Positions 43,329 through 54,550 are shown, counted from the first letter of the stretch. The stretch: 64,000 nucleotides of DNA from Nitrospirota bacterium (GCA_963845245.1 CAWJRJ010000021.1:64001-128000), one strand, 5' to 3'. Notes: a model not told the origin generated them from the sequence alone. Numbers and translations: made by a program.

Positions 43329-43810
43329 TTCGTCCCCTGCATTCTTTCTTTTTCCAAAATATAATCTATCTTATCCGGCGTCAGGTTGCCGTATAGTGTC
43401 TCGCCAACCATCATCGCGGGCGCGACATGGCAGGCCCCTAGGCAGACTATCGGCAGCAGCGTGAACGCCCCATCTTCGGTCGTACCGCCGAGATTCACGC
43501 CGAGCCGTTGTTTCAGGTGCTCGAAGACGTCATCCATGCCCATGACCCAGCAGGAGATGCTGTCGCAGACGAGTATAACCTTCCGGCCTACGGCCCGCCT
43601 GAATATAAGGTTGTAGAAGGTGGCGAGTTCCTCAACCTTGATTGGCGGGACGCCGGTTATGTCGGCCACGAGCTTTACGCCGTCGTCGCTCAGCCAGCCG
43701 TTTGCGCGCTGCACCTCGTGCATCACGTCTACTATCGCCTCTTCCGGGTGTTCAAGACCGGATATATGCGCCTTAAGCTCTGTTATCTTCTCTATCGGGA
43801 GCAGGTTCAT
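43325..43810 (-). CDS. nuoE: NADH-quinone oxidoreductase subunit E
   Basis: [28 protein letters not shown]. Confidence 0.95.
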   Translation of the reverse strand: MNLLPIEKITELKAHISGLEHPEEAIVDVMHEVQRANGWLSDDGVKLVADITGVPPIKVEELATFYNLIFRRAVGRKVILVCDSISCWVMGMDDVFEHLKQRLGVNLGGTTEDGAFTLLPIVCLGACHVAPAMMVGETLYGNLTPDKIDYILEKERMQGTN

Positions 43811-46230
43811 CTGTCTATGTCCGCCATAACGTAGTCGACCGCGCCAGAGATTGCGATGAGGTCCGATATCAACCAGCCCTTAGCCAGCCAGGGTATCATC
43901 TGGATGTGCGCAAAGTCCGCGCCGCGCACACGTACCCTGTACGGGTAGTTGAGGCCGTCCGAGACGACATAGTACCCATATTCGCCCCTTGGGCCTTCGA
44001 TGCTCGAATAACACTCGCCCTTCGGCGGCGTCAGGCCACGGCTCACGTTCACGAAGTGATGTATCAGGCTCTCTATGTCCTTCATCGTGTCTTCCTTCTG
44101 GGGAAGGCAGTAGCGGTAGTCGTCGGTTATCCATCGGCCCGGCGGCATATCGCGTACTGCCTGCGCTATGATGCGCGTGCTCTGGCGCATCTCCTCCAGC
44201 CGCACGAGGTAGCGGTCGTAGCAGTCGCCGGATTTCCCGGTCGGTATCTCAAAATCGAATGCGCCGTATGCGGAATACGGCATCTTCTTCCGAAGGTCCC
44301 ACTCCATTCCCGCCGCACGGAGGTTCGGCCCGGTGACACCCCAGTCCACCGCGTCCGCCTGGCTGAGCGCCCCGACGCCCTTCGTCCTGGCCGCGAAAAT
44401 CACGCTCTTCGTGAGCAGGCTGGCGTACTCTTCTATCCGGGCCGGGAACATCTTTATGAAAGATTCCACCATTTCTTTCCAGCCCTCCGGGAGGTCCTGC
44501 GCCACGCCGCCGATCCGGAACCAGCTCGGGTGCAGCCTGCCGCCGGTGATGAGCTCGACGATGTCCATGATAAGCTCACGGTCACGGAAACAGTAGAAGA
44601 CTGGCGTCATCGCGCCTATGTCGTGTGCGTACGTACCGAGCCATACCAGATGGCTGGAGAGCCGAAACAGCTCGCAGAGCATGACACGTATGTACTCGGC
44701 TCGGTCCGGCGGCTTCACGCCCAGGAGCCTCTCCACCGAGTTCAGGTAGGCGAGGTTGTTGTTGACTCCCGCGAGGTACTCTGCCCTGTCCGTGTATACC
44801 ACGTACTGGTGCCAGGACTGTCTCTCGCCTGTCTTCTCGTTCGCGCGGTGATGGTATCCTATGTCCACGGCACTGTCCACTATCTGCTCGCCCTTCAGCT
44901 TCAGGCAGTAGCGCACGATGCCGTGGGTCCCGACGTGGTGCGGGCCGAAGTTGAGGTAGGAGAAGTCCTGCCCGTCATCCGGTGAGTTCACGTCGTCTTC
45001 AAAATAAGACATTATGTCGCGGGGGTTCTTGCTACTTGCGTCCTCCGTGGTGTAGGGGGCCATCTCCGTCGCGCGGTAAGGGTGGTTCTTCCGCAGGGGA
45101 TGGCCCACCCAGTCCTCCGGCATTATGAGCCGCCTCAACTCCGGGTGGCCCTTGAACTTTATGCCGAACATGTCGTAGACTTCGCGTTCGTAGAAGTTTG
45201 CCGAGGGCCAGACGCCTGTTGCCGTTGGTACCGAGGGATACTCGCCTTCGAGCTCGGACTTTATCCGAATGTAACCTCGGGCGTCGAAAGAGAACAGGGT
45301 GTGTACGAGCGTGAAGTCCTTGTAGGTTGCACGGTCCCTGCGGACCGATTCGTCCACGGCTGTCAGGTCTTCAAGCCTCTGGAACCTGACAGGGGCCTTG
45401 TGCTTGAGGAATGAAAGCACCTCGGGAAGCTTATCCGGGTGGGCCTTTATGGTGTAGATATCCTTGGCCGTGGGGTCTTCGATAATGGCGTCCCCGAACT
45501 CCGCCTTGAGCGGGCCGATAAGTGCTGCTATGCCCTCCGGGAAGTCCCGTTTGGGCTGCGGAGGTGTCCACATGAGCGGCGCCCTGCTGCCCCACAGATG
45601 TGGCGGATGTACCTCCGTTCCGCGCATTGCGCTGCCCTCGCAGCCGGGGCCCCTGCCGTCCCTGGATTTGCTGATTCCGTCAACCAGAACCGGCTTTGTT
45701 GTACCTTGTGTCCCGCCCTTTATGTGGAGGGTCGGCCGCAAAGGCCTCTCCTTGGCCGATATCTTCTCCTGGAGCATGACGAGCGCCCGGAGGACTTCCT
45801 CAGGTCTTGGCGGGCAGCCCGGTATGTAGACGTCCACCGGCAATATCTGGTTGATGCCCTGCACGACGCTGTAGACGTCGAACATGCCGCCTGAATTGGA
45901 ACAGGAGCCCATGGACACGACCCATCTGGGCTCGGCCATCTGCTCGTACAGCCTGTAGATCGCTGGGGTGATCTTCTTGAAGACGGTGCCTGCGATGAAC
46001 ATGACGTCGGCCTGGCGGGGCGAACCGCGCATGACCTCCGCGCCGAAGCGTGCCATGTCGTAGCGGGGCGTGAGGGTGTTGGTGAACTCGATGAAGCAGC
46101 ATGAGGTGCCGAAGAACATCGGCCAGAGGCTGTTCTTGCGCCCCCAGTTCAGGCCGTTGTTCAGGATGTCCTCAATGGAGCCCAGGACCACTCCTGCCGC
46201 GCCATTCCTTATTTCTGTTTCGGTCCCCAT
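43807..46230 (-). CDS. nuoBCD: Fused NADH-quinone oxidoreductase subunits B/C/D
   Basis: FGTSCCFIE and IPGCPPRPE (B); [16 protein letters not shown] (C); [17 protein letters not shown] (D) in one 807-aa ORF. Confidence 0.95.
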   Translation of the reverse strand: MGTETEIRNGAAGVVLGSIEDILNNGLNWGRKNSLWPMFFGTSCCFIEFTNTLTPRYDMARFGAEVMRGSPRQADVMFIAGTVFKKITPAIYRLYEQMAEPRWVVSMGSCSNSGGMFDVYSVVQGINQILPVDVYIPGCPPRPEEVLRALVMLQEKISAKERPLRPTLHIKGGTQGTTKPVLVDGISKSRDGRGPGCEGSAMRGTEVHPPHLWGSRAPLMWTPPQPKRDFPEGIAALIGPLKAEFGDAIIEDPTAKDIYTIKAHPDKLPEVLSFLKHKAPVRFQRLEDLTAVDESVRRDRATYKDFTLVHTLFSFDARGYIRIKSELEGEYPSVPTATGVWPSANFYEREVYDMFGIKFKGHPELRRLIMPEDWVGHPLRKNHPYRATEMAPYTTEDASSKNPRDIMSYFEDDVNSPDDGQDFSYLNFGPHHVGTHGIVRYCLKLKGEQIVDSAVDIGYHHRANEKTGERQSWHQYVVYTDRAEYLAGVNNNLAYLNSVERLLGVKPPDRAEYIRVMLCELFRLSSHLVWLGTYAHDIGAMTPVFYCFRDRELIMDIVELITGGRLHPSWFRIGGVAQDLPEGWKEMVESFIKMFPARIEEYASLLTKSVIFAARTKGVGALSQADAVDWGVTGPNLRAAGMEWDLRKKMPYSAYGAFDFEIPTGKSGDCYDRYLVRLEEMRQSTRIIAQAVRDMPPGRWITDDYRYCLPQKEDTMKDIESLIHHFVNVSRGLTPPKGECYSSIEGPRGEYGYYVVSDGLNYPYRVRVRGADFAHIQMIPWLAKGWLISDLIAISGAVDYVMADIDR

Positions 46231-46646
46231 TCAAGGCCTTTCTTTTTCCAGACATAGACGAGACCGGCAAACAGCGTGACGATGAAAAACGTGATATAGG
46301 CGTAGCCCGCCCAGCCCAGTATGTCGAAGGCGACGGCCCAGGAATAGACGAATACCGCTTCGAGGTCGAAGATGATGAAGAAGATGGCGACGAGATAGAA
46401 CTGGACGGGGACCCTCAGGCGCGCTCGTCCTGTCGGTATCACTCCCGACTCGTATGGGCGGTCCTTTTCGGGCGTGTGCCTCTTCTGCCCGAGCCATGTC
46501 GCAAGGAACATGAGCAGGCCCAGGATGACGACCACCATTATCGTATAAATGCCGAGGCTTGCGAGGTCGGTGCCCGAGGTTGGCTTCTCGCCGGCCGAAG
46601 CAGTAAACAACTGGAGTATATTGTGCTGGTTGAACATTAGTTCCAA
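46209..46646 (-). CDS. nuoA: NADH-quinone oxidoreductase subunit A (start could be ATG 46637)
   Basis: [35 protein letters not shown]. Confidence 0.94.
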   Translation of the reverse strand: MELMFNQHNILQLFTASAGEKPTSGTDLASLGIYTIMVVVILGLLMFLATWLGQKRHTPEKDRPYESGVIPTGRARLRVPVQFYLVAIFFIIFDLEAVFVYSWAVAFDILGWAGYAYITFFIVTLFAGLVYVWKKKGLEWGPKQK

Positions 46647-46671
46647 TCCGGATTTATGAAGTTATCTTCTA

Positions 46672-46700
46672 AATTTACAGGTGCGGGAACCCTTTGTCAA
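46672..46700 (-). promoter_or_regulatory. Sigma70-type promoter of the nuo operon
   Basis: TTGACA-17 bp-TAAATT on the minus strand. Confidence 0.65.
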
Positions 46701-46816
46701 GGATAAGCATCGGCTAATAATTATGTGTCTATAACCTTATTTTTGTTGTAAACGATAAAAGCTAATTGTATATTATAAAAACTTTCCCGAAATCTACCCA
46801 CAACCAAGGAGGTTTT

Positions 46817-48259
46817 ATGGAAGAAAAGAAGTCGGGTCTCTCCGAAGACTGGCTGGCGGTAATCATCGGCCTTGCCATCTTCCTGCTTTCCATGTTGGCG
46901 TTCACCGGCTTTGAGGTCTTTGGCTGGGGTATCAAGACCAAGGTCTGGATGGACCCCTCAAAGATCATGTCGCCCGTCTCCGACAGATTCCATATCCCCG
47001 GTATTCTCTCGCTCATCCTCACCTACGTTTTTACGACAATCATACTCTCCATCGGCGCGAAGGCGATGAAGTTGGACGTCAAGAAGTTCGTGGTCGGCTT
47101 CTCCCTGGTCTTTTTCATCAGTTATGCCTGCTGGGCTACGGGCCATTTCGCGTACATCGCCGCGACTCCGGACCAGCTTGCGAAGTTCAATATCCCATGG
47201 TCGCTTAACCTGACGGGTGAGGCGGGCTTCATCATCGCTCTTCTAGCCGGGCTGTTCGTGGGCAACCTGATGCCCGGTCTGGCGGCAAAGATGGAGGAGG
47301 CGATACGGCCCGAGTGGTACATAAAGACCGCCATCGTCATCCTGGGTGCGGGGCTTGGTGTGCGAGGCGCGGAGGCGATGGGGCTGGCGTCCGCTGTAAT
47401 GTTCAGCGGGCTGTGCGCGATCATCGGAGCGTACCTCATCTTCTGGACGCTGACCTATTACATCGCCCGCAGGTTCTTCAAGTTCAACAGGGAGTGGGCG
47501 GCGCCGCTTGCCTCCGGCATATCCATCTGCGGCGTCTCGGCGGCCATAGCAACCGGCGGCGCCATACGCGCCAGGCCCATCATCCCGATCATGGTCTCCT
47601 CGCTCGTCGTCATATTCGCGGTGGTGGAGCTTCTGCTCCTGCCGTTTCTGGCGTCGCACTATCTGTATAAAGAGCCGATGGTCGCGGGCGCATGGATGGG
47701 GCTATCGGTGAAGACGGACGGCGCGGCAGTGGCATCCGGCGCGATAACCGACGCGCTCGTACGCGCGAAGGCGATGGCGGCGGACGGCGTGAACTACAAG
47801 GACGGCTGGATAACGATGGCGGCCACGACTGTCAAGGTGTTCATAGACATGTTCATCGGCGTCTGGGCCTTCATACTCGCGATAATATGGTGCACGTTCA
47901 TCGAGTGCAAGCCGGGCGAGAAGATACGCTTCGGCGAGATATGGGACCGGTTCCCCAAGTTCGTCATGGGTTACGTCCTCACCTTCCTCATCCTGCTCTT
48001 CGTGTGCATACGTAACCCCGGCCTGATCGCGCCCGCGAAGAACGTCACGGCTGGCGGTGACGTGTTCCGTTCGCTCTTCTTCGTCATGACCTTCTTCACG
48101 ATAGGCGTCGTGTCCAACTTCAAGAAGCTCTGGGAGGAGGGCATAGGCAAGCTCGCCGCGATATACGTCATCTGCCTGTTCGGGTACATAGTCTGGATTG
48201 GCCTGGCAATTGCCTGGCTGTTCTTCCACGGGATCAAACCGCCTATCGTCGGCGCATAA
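46817..48259 (+). CDS. YeiH / putative sulfate exporter (PSE) family transporter
   Basis: GGAGG RBS; SEDWLAV; IKTAIVILG; LASGISICGVSAAIATGGAI; many TM helices. Confidence 0.88.
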   Translation: MEEKKSGLSEDWLAVIIGLAIFLLSMLAFTGFEVFGWGIKTKVWMDPSKIMSPVSDRFHIPGILSLILTYVFTTIILSIGAKAMKLDVKKFVVGFSLVFFISYACWATGHFAYIAATPDQLAKFNIPWSLNLTGEAGFIIALLAGLFVGNLMPGLAAKMEEAIRPEWYIKTAIVILGAGLGVRGAEAMGLASAVMFSGLCAIIGAYLIFWTLTYYIARRFFKFNREWAAPLASGISICGVSAAIATGGAIRARPIIPIMVSSLVVIFAVVELLLLPFLASHYLYKEPMVAGAWMGLSVKTDGAAVASGAITDALVRAKAMAADGVNYKDGWITMAATTVKVFIDMFIGVWAFILAIIWCTFIECKPGEKIRFGEIWDRFPKFVMGYVLTFLILLFVCIRNPGLIAPAKNVTAGGDVFRSLFFVMTFFTIGVVSNFKKLWEEGIGKLAAIYVICLFGYIVWIGLAIAWLFFHGIKPPIVGA

Positions 48260-48355
48260 CAGGTTGGGTAACATCCCCCTCTCCCGGCGCAAAGCGCCAC
48301 CCTCCCCCGCGAGGGGTGAGGGATAAAGGGTAGGGTGAAATTACAGGAGGATAAA

Positions 48356-48616
48356 ATGGCGGACAAGCCGAACATTTCGGAAGAAATGAAAAAGATGGAT
48401 TACGAGCCTCTTCTCCCGGCGGAGAAGAAGATGATCGTCTATAACCTCGTGATAGGCGTCGTGCTGCTCACGGTGCTGGTCTGGGTGAACCACACCTACT
48501 TCCCGACAACGCAGATACAGGCTCCGGTGGTGGCGCAGCCGGCGGGCCAGACGGCAATCCCGGGCAATCCCGTGGTGCCTGCGGCGAATGCGGCGCCTGT
48601 GGCGCAGGGGAAATAA
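48356..48616 (+). CDS. Small single-TM protein downstream of the YeiH-family gene
   Basis: AGGAGG RBS; EEMKKMDYEPLLPAEKKMI followed by a TM helix and a P/A-rich tail. Confidence 0.75.
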   Translation: MADKPNISEEMKKMDYEPLLPAEKKMIVYNLVIGVVLLTVLVWVNHTYFPTTQIQAPVVAQPAGQTAIPGNPVVPAANAAPVAQGK

Positions 48617-48636
48617 GAGAAAGAGAAGATGGAAAT

Positions 48637-48666
48637 AAAAAAGCCCGCCAGCCGGCGGGCTATTTA
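48637..48666. terminator. Bidirectional terminator between convergent genes
   Basis: A-tract-GCCCGCC-agcc-GGCGGGC-TATTT. Confidence 0.75.
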
Positions 48667-48681
48667 ATTTAAAAGCGTAGC

Positions 48682-49636
48682 TTATTTAACGGCCTTCTTT
48701 ATCGCCGCGTCTATCTCTTTCTGTATATCGCCCGGCATGGTCATGTTCTTCATGAATGCCCAGTTGCCCGCGTCCTGGAAGTAGAGCTTCATCCTCCACA
48801 TCTCGGTCAGGATGTTCACGCTGGTCGAGCCGCCCTTCTTGTAGATTACGGCTTCGATGGGGAAGGCCGAGGCGTGGTCAATGCCGGGGCACGGGTTTGT
48901 CTTGTTGGCCCTCGCGTCGCCCGCAATGCCGAATGCGCTTCGCCTCGGTGCTCTGCGTTCGTAAGCCCGACTATGGCAACGTCTCCGGCTGTGTATGAAT
49001 ATATCGGTGTGCCAGCCGGACCTTGTTCGCGACGCCCTTCTTTATCATCTCCGCAACCTCATGGGCTGGCTTGGCGGATGATGCCGCGGTGACTATCTTT
49101 TCCGCAAACGGACCGCCGCCCATGCCGGTGATCTCGCCTGAGTCGCGAAGCTGGCCGATCTGCTTCATGGATACCGGCCCGACCGCCTTCAGGGCCGCCG
49201 CCACCTCATCGACAACCTTCTGGGCGGGCTCGTCCATGGAGTTGCCCCGGAATATGGTGCGGTTGACGGATACCGGGTTCATCATCTCAACGTTCGTCCC
49301 TGTCTCGTCCTCGTATACTGAAAGCCGGAGCGGGAGCGCGAACGCCTTGTCTGGGCCGCCTGCAATGACCCTGGAAGCGTAGGCATCGTTTGTGAATACC
49401 ACGGTGAAGGCCTTGAACCGGCAGCCTGCGGGCGCGCCGTTTTCAAACGAGGCAAGCGGCGTAAAACCCGCTGCCTTGAGCGCGGCCTCTGCTTTTGAGG
49501 CCGTCTGGGCCGGGTCCGCCTTCAGCCCGTGCACCATCTGGACATACACTCCCTGGGTCTTTGCCGCCGCGAAGGCGTTTACGCAGAGCGCCAACACAGC
49601 AATCGCTGTAACCGCTGCCAACCGGATCGTCTTCAT
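48682..49636 (-). CDS. Periplasmic protein of unknown function (frameshifts near 48950-49020)
   Basis: Signal ending AFA; FALPLRLSVYED..MMNP (DUF302-like); C-terminal frame CPGIDHASAFPIE..MKLYFQDAGNWAFMKNMTMPGDIQ..AVK-stop at 48682. Confidence 0.7.
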
Positions 49637-49654
49637 TGTTACCTCCTTACAAAT

Positions 49655-49683
49655 AAAAAAAGAGGGGCATAGGCCCCTCTTTT
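49655..49683 (-). terminator. Hairpin plus U-tract between the FadL-like gene and the periplasmic gene
   Basis: Minus strand AAAAGAGGGGC-ctat-GCCCCTCTTTTTTT. Confidence 0.7.
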
Positions 49684-49696
49684 AATAAGAACATTG

Positions 49697-50982
49697 TTAG
49701 AACATCATGTTCAGGCCGACCTCGTAGGAGTTTTCGGAAAGCGTGCTTTCAGTAGGTCACACGTCCACCAGTCGGGAGGGGTGCGCTTGTCTCCGATACT
49801 GTTTTCTCGAAAGCGTGCATGTAGCCGACGTTTAAGGAAACTTTCTTAGTGATGTTTATCGCCCAGGCCAGCGGTCACGTGGTGTTCCACGATGGCCGGG
49901 AAGCCGACTATCCTGAAGCCCTCGACAAGCGCGGTGCTGGTCGGGGTGCCTTGGATGTCTGGTCGTTCCGAGGAAGTTAAAACCATTATGCTGCTTGACC
50001 GGGTTGTTGCCGTAGTTGTAGCCCATGCGTATTGCGAGCCAGTCCATCGGCTTTGCCTGCATGCCCACAGCCGCAACCCACTGGTCCTTCCAGCCGAAGT
50101 CCTTGTAGCCGTCGGCATTGCCCCAGTTAAGCCACTTGCCGTTGACTTCCACGAGGAGCTTGTTGGGTATGATGTCATAGGCCACGCCGAGGACTACCTG
50201 CTGGGGCTGCTCAAGGGCCAGCGTTCGTGTCGTCGCTGGCCCAGTGGCCTGGTTGAAGTTCGAATACCCTCTTGAAGGTGTGTTTCTGCGCGGCTCTGGT
50301 AGGTGACGCCGAGGAGAGGGGGTCGATCGGCTTGTATATGACACCGACCTGTGTGCCGACGCCGAAGTTGTGCGCGCTGCCGTCGCCCAGGTCAAGCTGC
50401 GCCCAGTTGATCTGAAGGGCCGCGCCGACGGAGAGGTTCGGGAGTATCCGGTACGCCAGGTTCGGGGCGAACTTCATTATCTGGAGGTCGGTCTTTGATG
50501 TCAAACGGCCCGAAGTCGCCGAACTGGCCGCCGATGTTCTTCAGGTCGGAGTCCTTGTAGTCAACGCCCAGCCCGCTGACGCCGTAGGCCGCAAGGCCGA
50601 ACCTCAGGTCCGGGGTTATCGGGGTGTAGATACCTATCGCCGGGAAGGCGTAAGGCGCGCCCTGGCTGGTCGGATGCATCGTCGATCCGGAGACCTGGCC
50701 CTGAGGCCTGCTAGACGGCAGGGTTACCTTGGCCTTGACTGTCGGGTCAAAGATGGTCGCCGCGAAGTCGACCTCGGACGTCTCGCAGGGAATGTAGCAC
50801 ATCGCGGCGGGGTTGCCGAAGACCGCCGTGATGGCGTCCTGCGGGGCGGCCGCGCCTACGCCGCCCATGGAGCGTGAGATCGTGCCGACACCGATAATGT
50901 TGTCGCCGTTTGTCGCGAATGCGGGTACCGCAAACGCCGCCACGGCCAGGGCCATGACAATGCTGACTGCTAACTTCCTCAT
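49697..50982 (-). CDS. FadL/OmpP1-family outer-membrane channel (several frameshifts)
   Basis: Signal then TNGDNIIGVGTISRSMGG..GNPAAM; YGVSGLGVDY; FGWKDQWV; FPAIVEHHVTAG; C-terminal Phe (NMMF). Confidence 0.85.
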
Positions 50983-51073
50983 TTTTCCCCCTTTCGATTC
51001 TACGCCGGCCAAATCCGGCGCACCCACAAAGCATGCGGGGGCCTATCCCCCGCACTCAGTTTTACTGCCGGTA

Positions 51074-51547
51074 CTACACGAACAGTGGTATCTGGGCATT
51101 TGCCGCGAACTCGAGGTACATCGCGGCGCCGCCGAATTCAACCCCGTCGATGAAGTCGGACTGCTTCATACCGAAGAGGTCTACGGTCATCTGGCATGCG
51201 ACCATCTTGACGTCGCACATCTGGCACATCTCGACGAGTTTGCGGATCGAGAGCACGTTGTGCTTCTTCATCATGCCCTTCATCATCATGGTGGCCATGG
51301 AGGGCATACCGGGCAGTGTGCCGAGGAAGCCCTGGAACGGTCCGGGCATACCCGGGTTTCCGTGCGGGAACACCATCATGTTGTCCATCCGCTCCTTGTG
51401 TATGATGTTCAGTCCGTAGAATGTGAAGAAAATCTGGGCCTCCATGTCGAGGGCCGAGGCCGCGGTCGCAAGGATCAGCGGCGGGTAGGCCATGTCAAGG
51501 GTGCCCTTCGAGGCTACTATCGCTATTTTGGTCTGCTCTTCTGACAT
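51074..51547 (-). CDS. DsrE/DsrF/DrsH-like sulfurtransferase family protein
   Basis: IVASKGTLDMAYPPLILATAA..FFTFYGL..VACQMTVDLFG..GGAAMYL. Confidence 0.9.
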   Translation of the reverse strand: MSEEQTKIAIVASKGTLDMAYPPLILATAASALDMEAQIFFTFYGLNIIHKERMDNMMVFPHGNPGMPGPFQGFLGTLPGMPSMATMMMKGMMKKHNVLSIRKLVEMCQMCDVKMVACQMTVDLFGMKQSDFIDGVEFGGAAMYLEFAANAQIPLFV

Positions 51548-51629
51548 TTTAATTTACCTCCTGAATAGAATTAAATCAACAAAATAAAACCTGATGAAAA
51601 TGCTTTTTATTCCACCTCCTATGAAACAG

Positions 51630-51705
51630 AAAAAGCCTTTCCAGATGGACTACATAATCCTGGAAAGGCCTCGGGACCTTCAATACAGCCGCCATCATGA
51701 GCGGC
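51630..51705 (-). promoter_or_regulatory. Putative ANTAR-type attenuator: two hexaloop hairpins, the second overlapping an intrinsic terminator
   Basis: Minus strand GCCGCT-CATGAT-GGCGGC, 7-nt linker, AAGGT-CCCGAG-GCCTT; terminator GCCTTTCCAG..CTGGAAAGGC-TTTTT. Confidence 0.7.
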
Positions 51706-51739
51706 ATTTATTACAAACCCCGACGGGGGGCTCTAACCT

Positions 51740-52312
51740 CTATATTATCTCATCGGCCGTGATTATCGACTCCGCAACTTTCTCCATCTTTACGTTTTTG
51801 TCACGCGCAAGCTTTTGCAGCCTCAGGAAAGCCTGTTCCTCGCTCAGTGAGCCCCTCTTCATCAGGATGCCCTTTGCACGTTCGACCAGCTTCCGTATCC
51901 TCAAGGCCTCCCTGCATTCGCCGACCTCAGCCCTGAGCACCTGGCACTGCCTGAACCTTGAGATACCGAGCTCTATCGCCCCGAGCAGGCTCTCGCGGGT
52001 TATGGGCCTGAACAGGTGTGCCGAAACCCCGATTGTCTCTGCCTTCATAACCAGGTCTATCTGGCTATGGGTCGAATGCATTATTATAGGGAGAGGCCTT
52101 TCGGCCATCAGCTTTTCAGCTATCGACAGCGAGTCGTCACATGCAAGCGTGACGTCCATCAGTATAGCATCCGGAGACAGGTTGCGCGCGGTCTCGATAG
52201 CGTTGGCACAATCCTGAACTATGGTTACGTCCGTGTAGCCTTCGGCTTTCAGTATACCCGCAAGCCTGCTGGACTGCCTTGAACCGCCTATAATTAAAAC
52301 TTTGTAAGCCAT
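51740..52312 (-). CDS. REC-ANTAR RNA-binding antiterminator (AmiR/NasT/EutV-like)
   Basis: PDAILMDV receiver; RKLVERAKGILMKRGSLSEEQAFLRLQKLARDKNVKMEKVAESII. Confidence 0.93.
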   Translation of the reverse strand: MAYKVLIIGGSRQSSRLAGILKAEGYTDVTIVQDCANAIETARNLSPDAILMDVTLACDDSLSIAEKLMAERPLPIIMHSTHSQIDLVMKAETIGVSAHLFRPITRESLLGAIELGISRFRQCQVLRAEVGECREALRIRKLVERAKGILMKRGSLSEEQAFLRLQKLARDKNVKMEKVAESIITADEII

Positions 52313-52336
52313 CTTTGTTGTTACTTTTCTTGGGAT

Positions 52337-52365
52337 ATGATAGAGTTTTAAAACAATTTTGTCAA
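52337..52365 (-). promoter_or_regulatory. Sigma70-type promoter of the ANTAR gene
   Basis: TTGACA-17 bp-TATCAT on the minus strand. Confidence 0.7.
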
Positions 52366-52397
52366 GTTTTTTCCCGAGGCCCCGCCTCGATATTTCC

Positions 52398-54549
52398 CTA
52401 TTGCATATACGGCGAAAGAGACTCCCACAGCTCCGGCGCGTACTTTACCGCGAGGGCGAAGTTCTGCTGCGCCATGGGCTTGCGGCCCATCTCTATATAT
52501 TGCTTCCCGAGGTCGGAAAGGACATAGCCGTAGATGCTGACCGCTTTTTCCTCGTCCAGGTCCAGCGCGATGGTGGGTGCCGGCAGGCCCCTTGTTACCA
52601 TGTAGGCCCAGGTCCTGAGGTTCTCCTCCACGTAGTCCTTCTCCATGGAACGGTATGTGATGCCGTACGGTTCCACGCTGTATGGCATGTTCACCGAATA
52701 CCTGGATGAATAGTCGAACGCAAAAGGCCTCTCCTTGTTGAACTGCGTTATCTCTTTTATCATCGCTTCCGGGTCTCTGAAGTCCTCCGGCATGGCAAGA
52801 AGCTGTTCTATGCCTTTTATGCCGTTATAGTTTTTCAAATACTTGTAGTCCTTTATCTCGCCGACGTCGCCAAGTTCGCCGGGCTCCCTCCTGATGCTCT
52901 GGAGGAACCACTCCAGAGGCAGATGCGGGGTGTGGATAAGCAGGACGTCAGGCCTTTTCCTTTCGACATCCTGGAGGTACCACATCGGGAAGGCGCCGGA
53001 GTCGCCCCAGGTGAAAAGGACTGTGAACTGGGGCGCAAATGTGAGTTCGGCGTTGCCCATGTCATATGCAATGAAGTTGCGGCTTCTGTCGTTCTTCCAG
53101 TAGTGGGCCTTCAGTTCGGATACCGGATAAAAGACGAAAAGCAGGAAAAAGACCCCGACATAGGCAACCTTGTTGTACCGTTTTCCGTCCATAGGGAGCA
53201 TGGAGAGGACTATAATGATTATGGCCGCTACCATTGCGTAGAACACGAAAAACATCCACGGGTCATAGGTCATGCCCATAAGGTGGAACGTCTCCTGCCC
53301 ACCGGTTGTACCCAGAACCTTGTTGACGTAACCTGCCGGGATGTTGCCCAGGAAGATGAACGGCATCGTAAGCCCCAGCACCCAGGGACCGAGTTTCCTG
53401 TTTTCAAGGACCATGTAGGCCGCGCCACCCATCAGGACGCATAGGAAGATGTAAACGGGGATGTAGAACTGCTCCAGAAGGAAGATGTTCTCCTCGATGG
53501 GGTTACCACCGATGACTATTGCGGATATCAACAGTACGGAGCCGGAGAGCAGGATGAGGAAGTGCCGCCAGTCCTTGCGGAAATGGCTGTACAGGCCGAG
53601 CAATACGAGCGGTATACCCGCCCAGGTGAACTCCCTGACCATATTGAAGCTCTGGAGCTGTTTCCAGAAAAGACCCAACGACCTCTCGCCGCCTACCGAC
53701 GGATATCCTTCGCGGTTGTATACCCACTTGAAACCTGCCCAGTCGGTGGCGCCGCCCCAGTTGATGAGCGGCTCCTGCGCGGCACGGATGGGGAGGTGCA
53801 GGTAGATGGAATGGCCCAAAGCAAAGAAGAAGGCCATTATAATGAGGGTCTTGAAATTCACCCTCTTTATCAGGCTTACGGGGTTCCACCTGTCGCTGCC
53901 GGTATACCCCTTCATTTCGACAAAAACGCTTCCATCGACTATCAGTATGTAGAGAAGATACACCGGTATCAGTACGAACTGCGATATGTGCACGACTCCA
54001 GCGATGCCCCATATGAAGGCCATGACGTAGAGGTAGGAAAGTGAATGCCCCCCGCCCGTGTCGCCCTCCTCTTTCCTTGCCCTCCTCCACCTTATAAGGA
54101 GCATGAGTATGCATGCGACCACGAATGCGTTCAGGGTATAGAACTTCGAGACGACCGCCCATGCCCAGAGGTTGTACGAGAAGGAGAAGGCGAATGCGGC
54201 AAACATCCCGGCGGCGCCGGCTGGCGTGGCCTTCATCCAGGGCAGGCCGGGTATGATAGGTTTATCGTCCCCGGTTTCAAGCATGGACTTGGTGATGTAG
54301 TAGATCAGCACAGAGGTCATCGATGCGAAGAACGACGACATCAGGTTCACCCTGAAGGCTACGTTACCCAGCGGCAGGAAGCTGAACAGCTTGCCCAAGC
54401 GTCACGTAGACCGGGTATCCCGGCGGGTGCGATACGCCCAGTGTATATGCCCCGGCTATCATCTCGCCGCTGTCAAAAAATGAAAGCGTAGGCGCTATGG
54501 TGGACAGGTAAACGGTCATAGTTGCGGCAAATATGAAAAGAGCGGTCAT
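52398..54549 (-). CDS. DUF2723/TMEM260-like GT-C membrane glycosyltransferase with C-terminal TPR (frameshift near 54400)
   Basis: APTLSFFDSGEMIAGAYTLGVSHPPGYPVY; YLHLPIRAAQEPLINWG; FTWGDSGAFPMWYLQDVERKRPDV. Confidence 0.85.
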
Positions 54550-54550
54550 C

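Noticed and set aside
48273..48340. CCCCCTCTCCC..GGGGTGAGGG REP-like palindrome
   Set aside because: Single degenerate copy in this window; cannot be supported as a family from this sequence alone
51001..51056. Second ANTAR site (two hairpins upstream of the FadL-like gene)
   Set aside because: The loops (5-nt ATAGG and ATTTGG) do not fit the hexaloop-G4 pattern and there is no overlapping terminator
51555..51625. Orphan AGGAGGT Shine-Dalgarno and possible leader peptide upstream of dsrE
   Set aside because: No canonical start codon at a suitable spacing (only ATA, or GTG-GAA-TAA)
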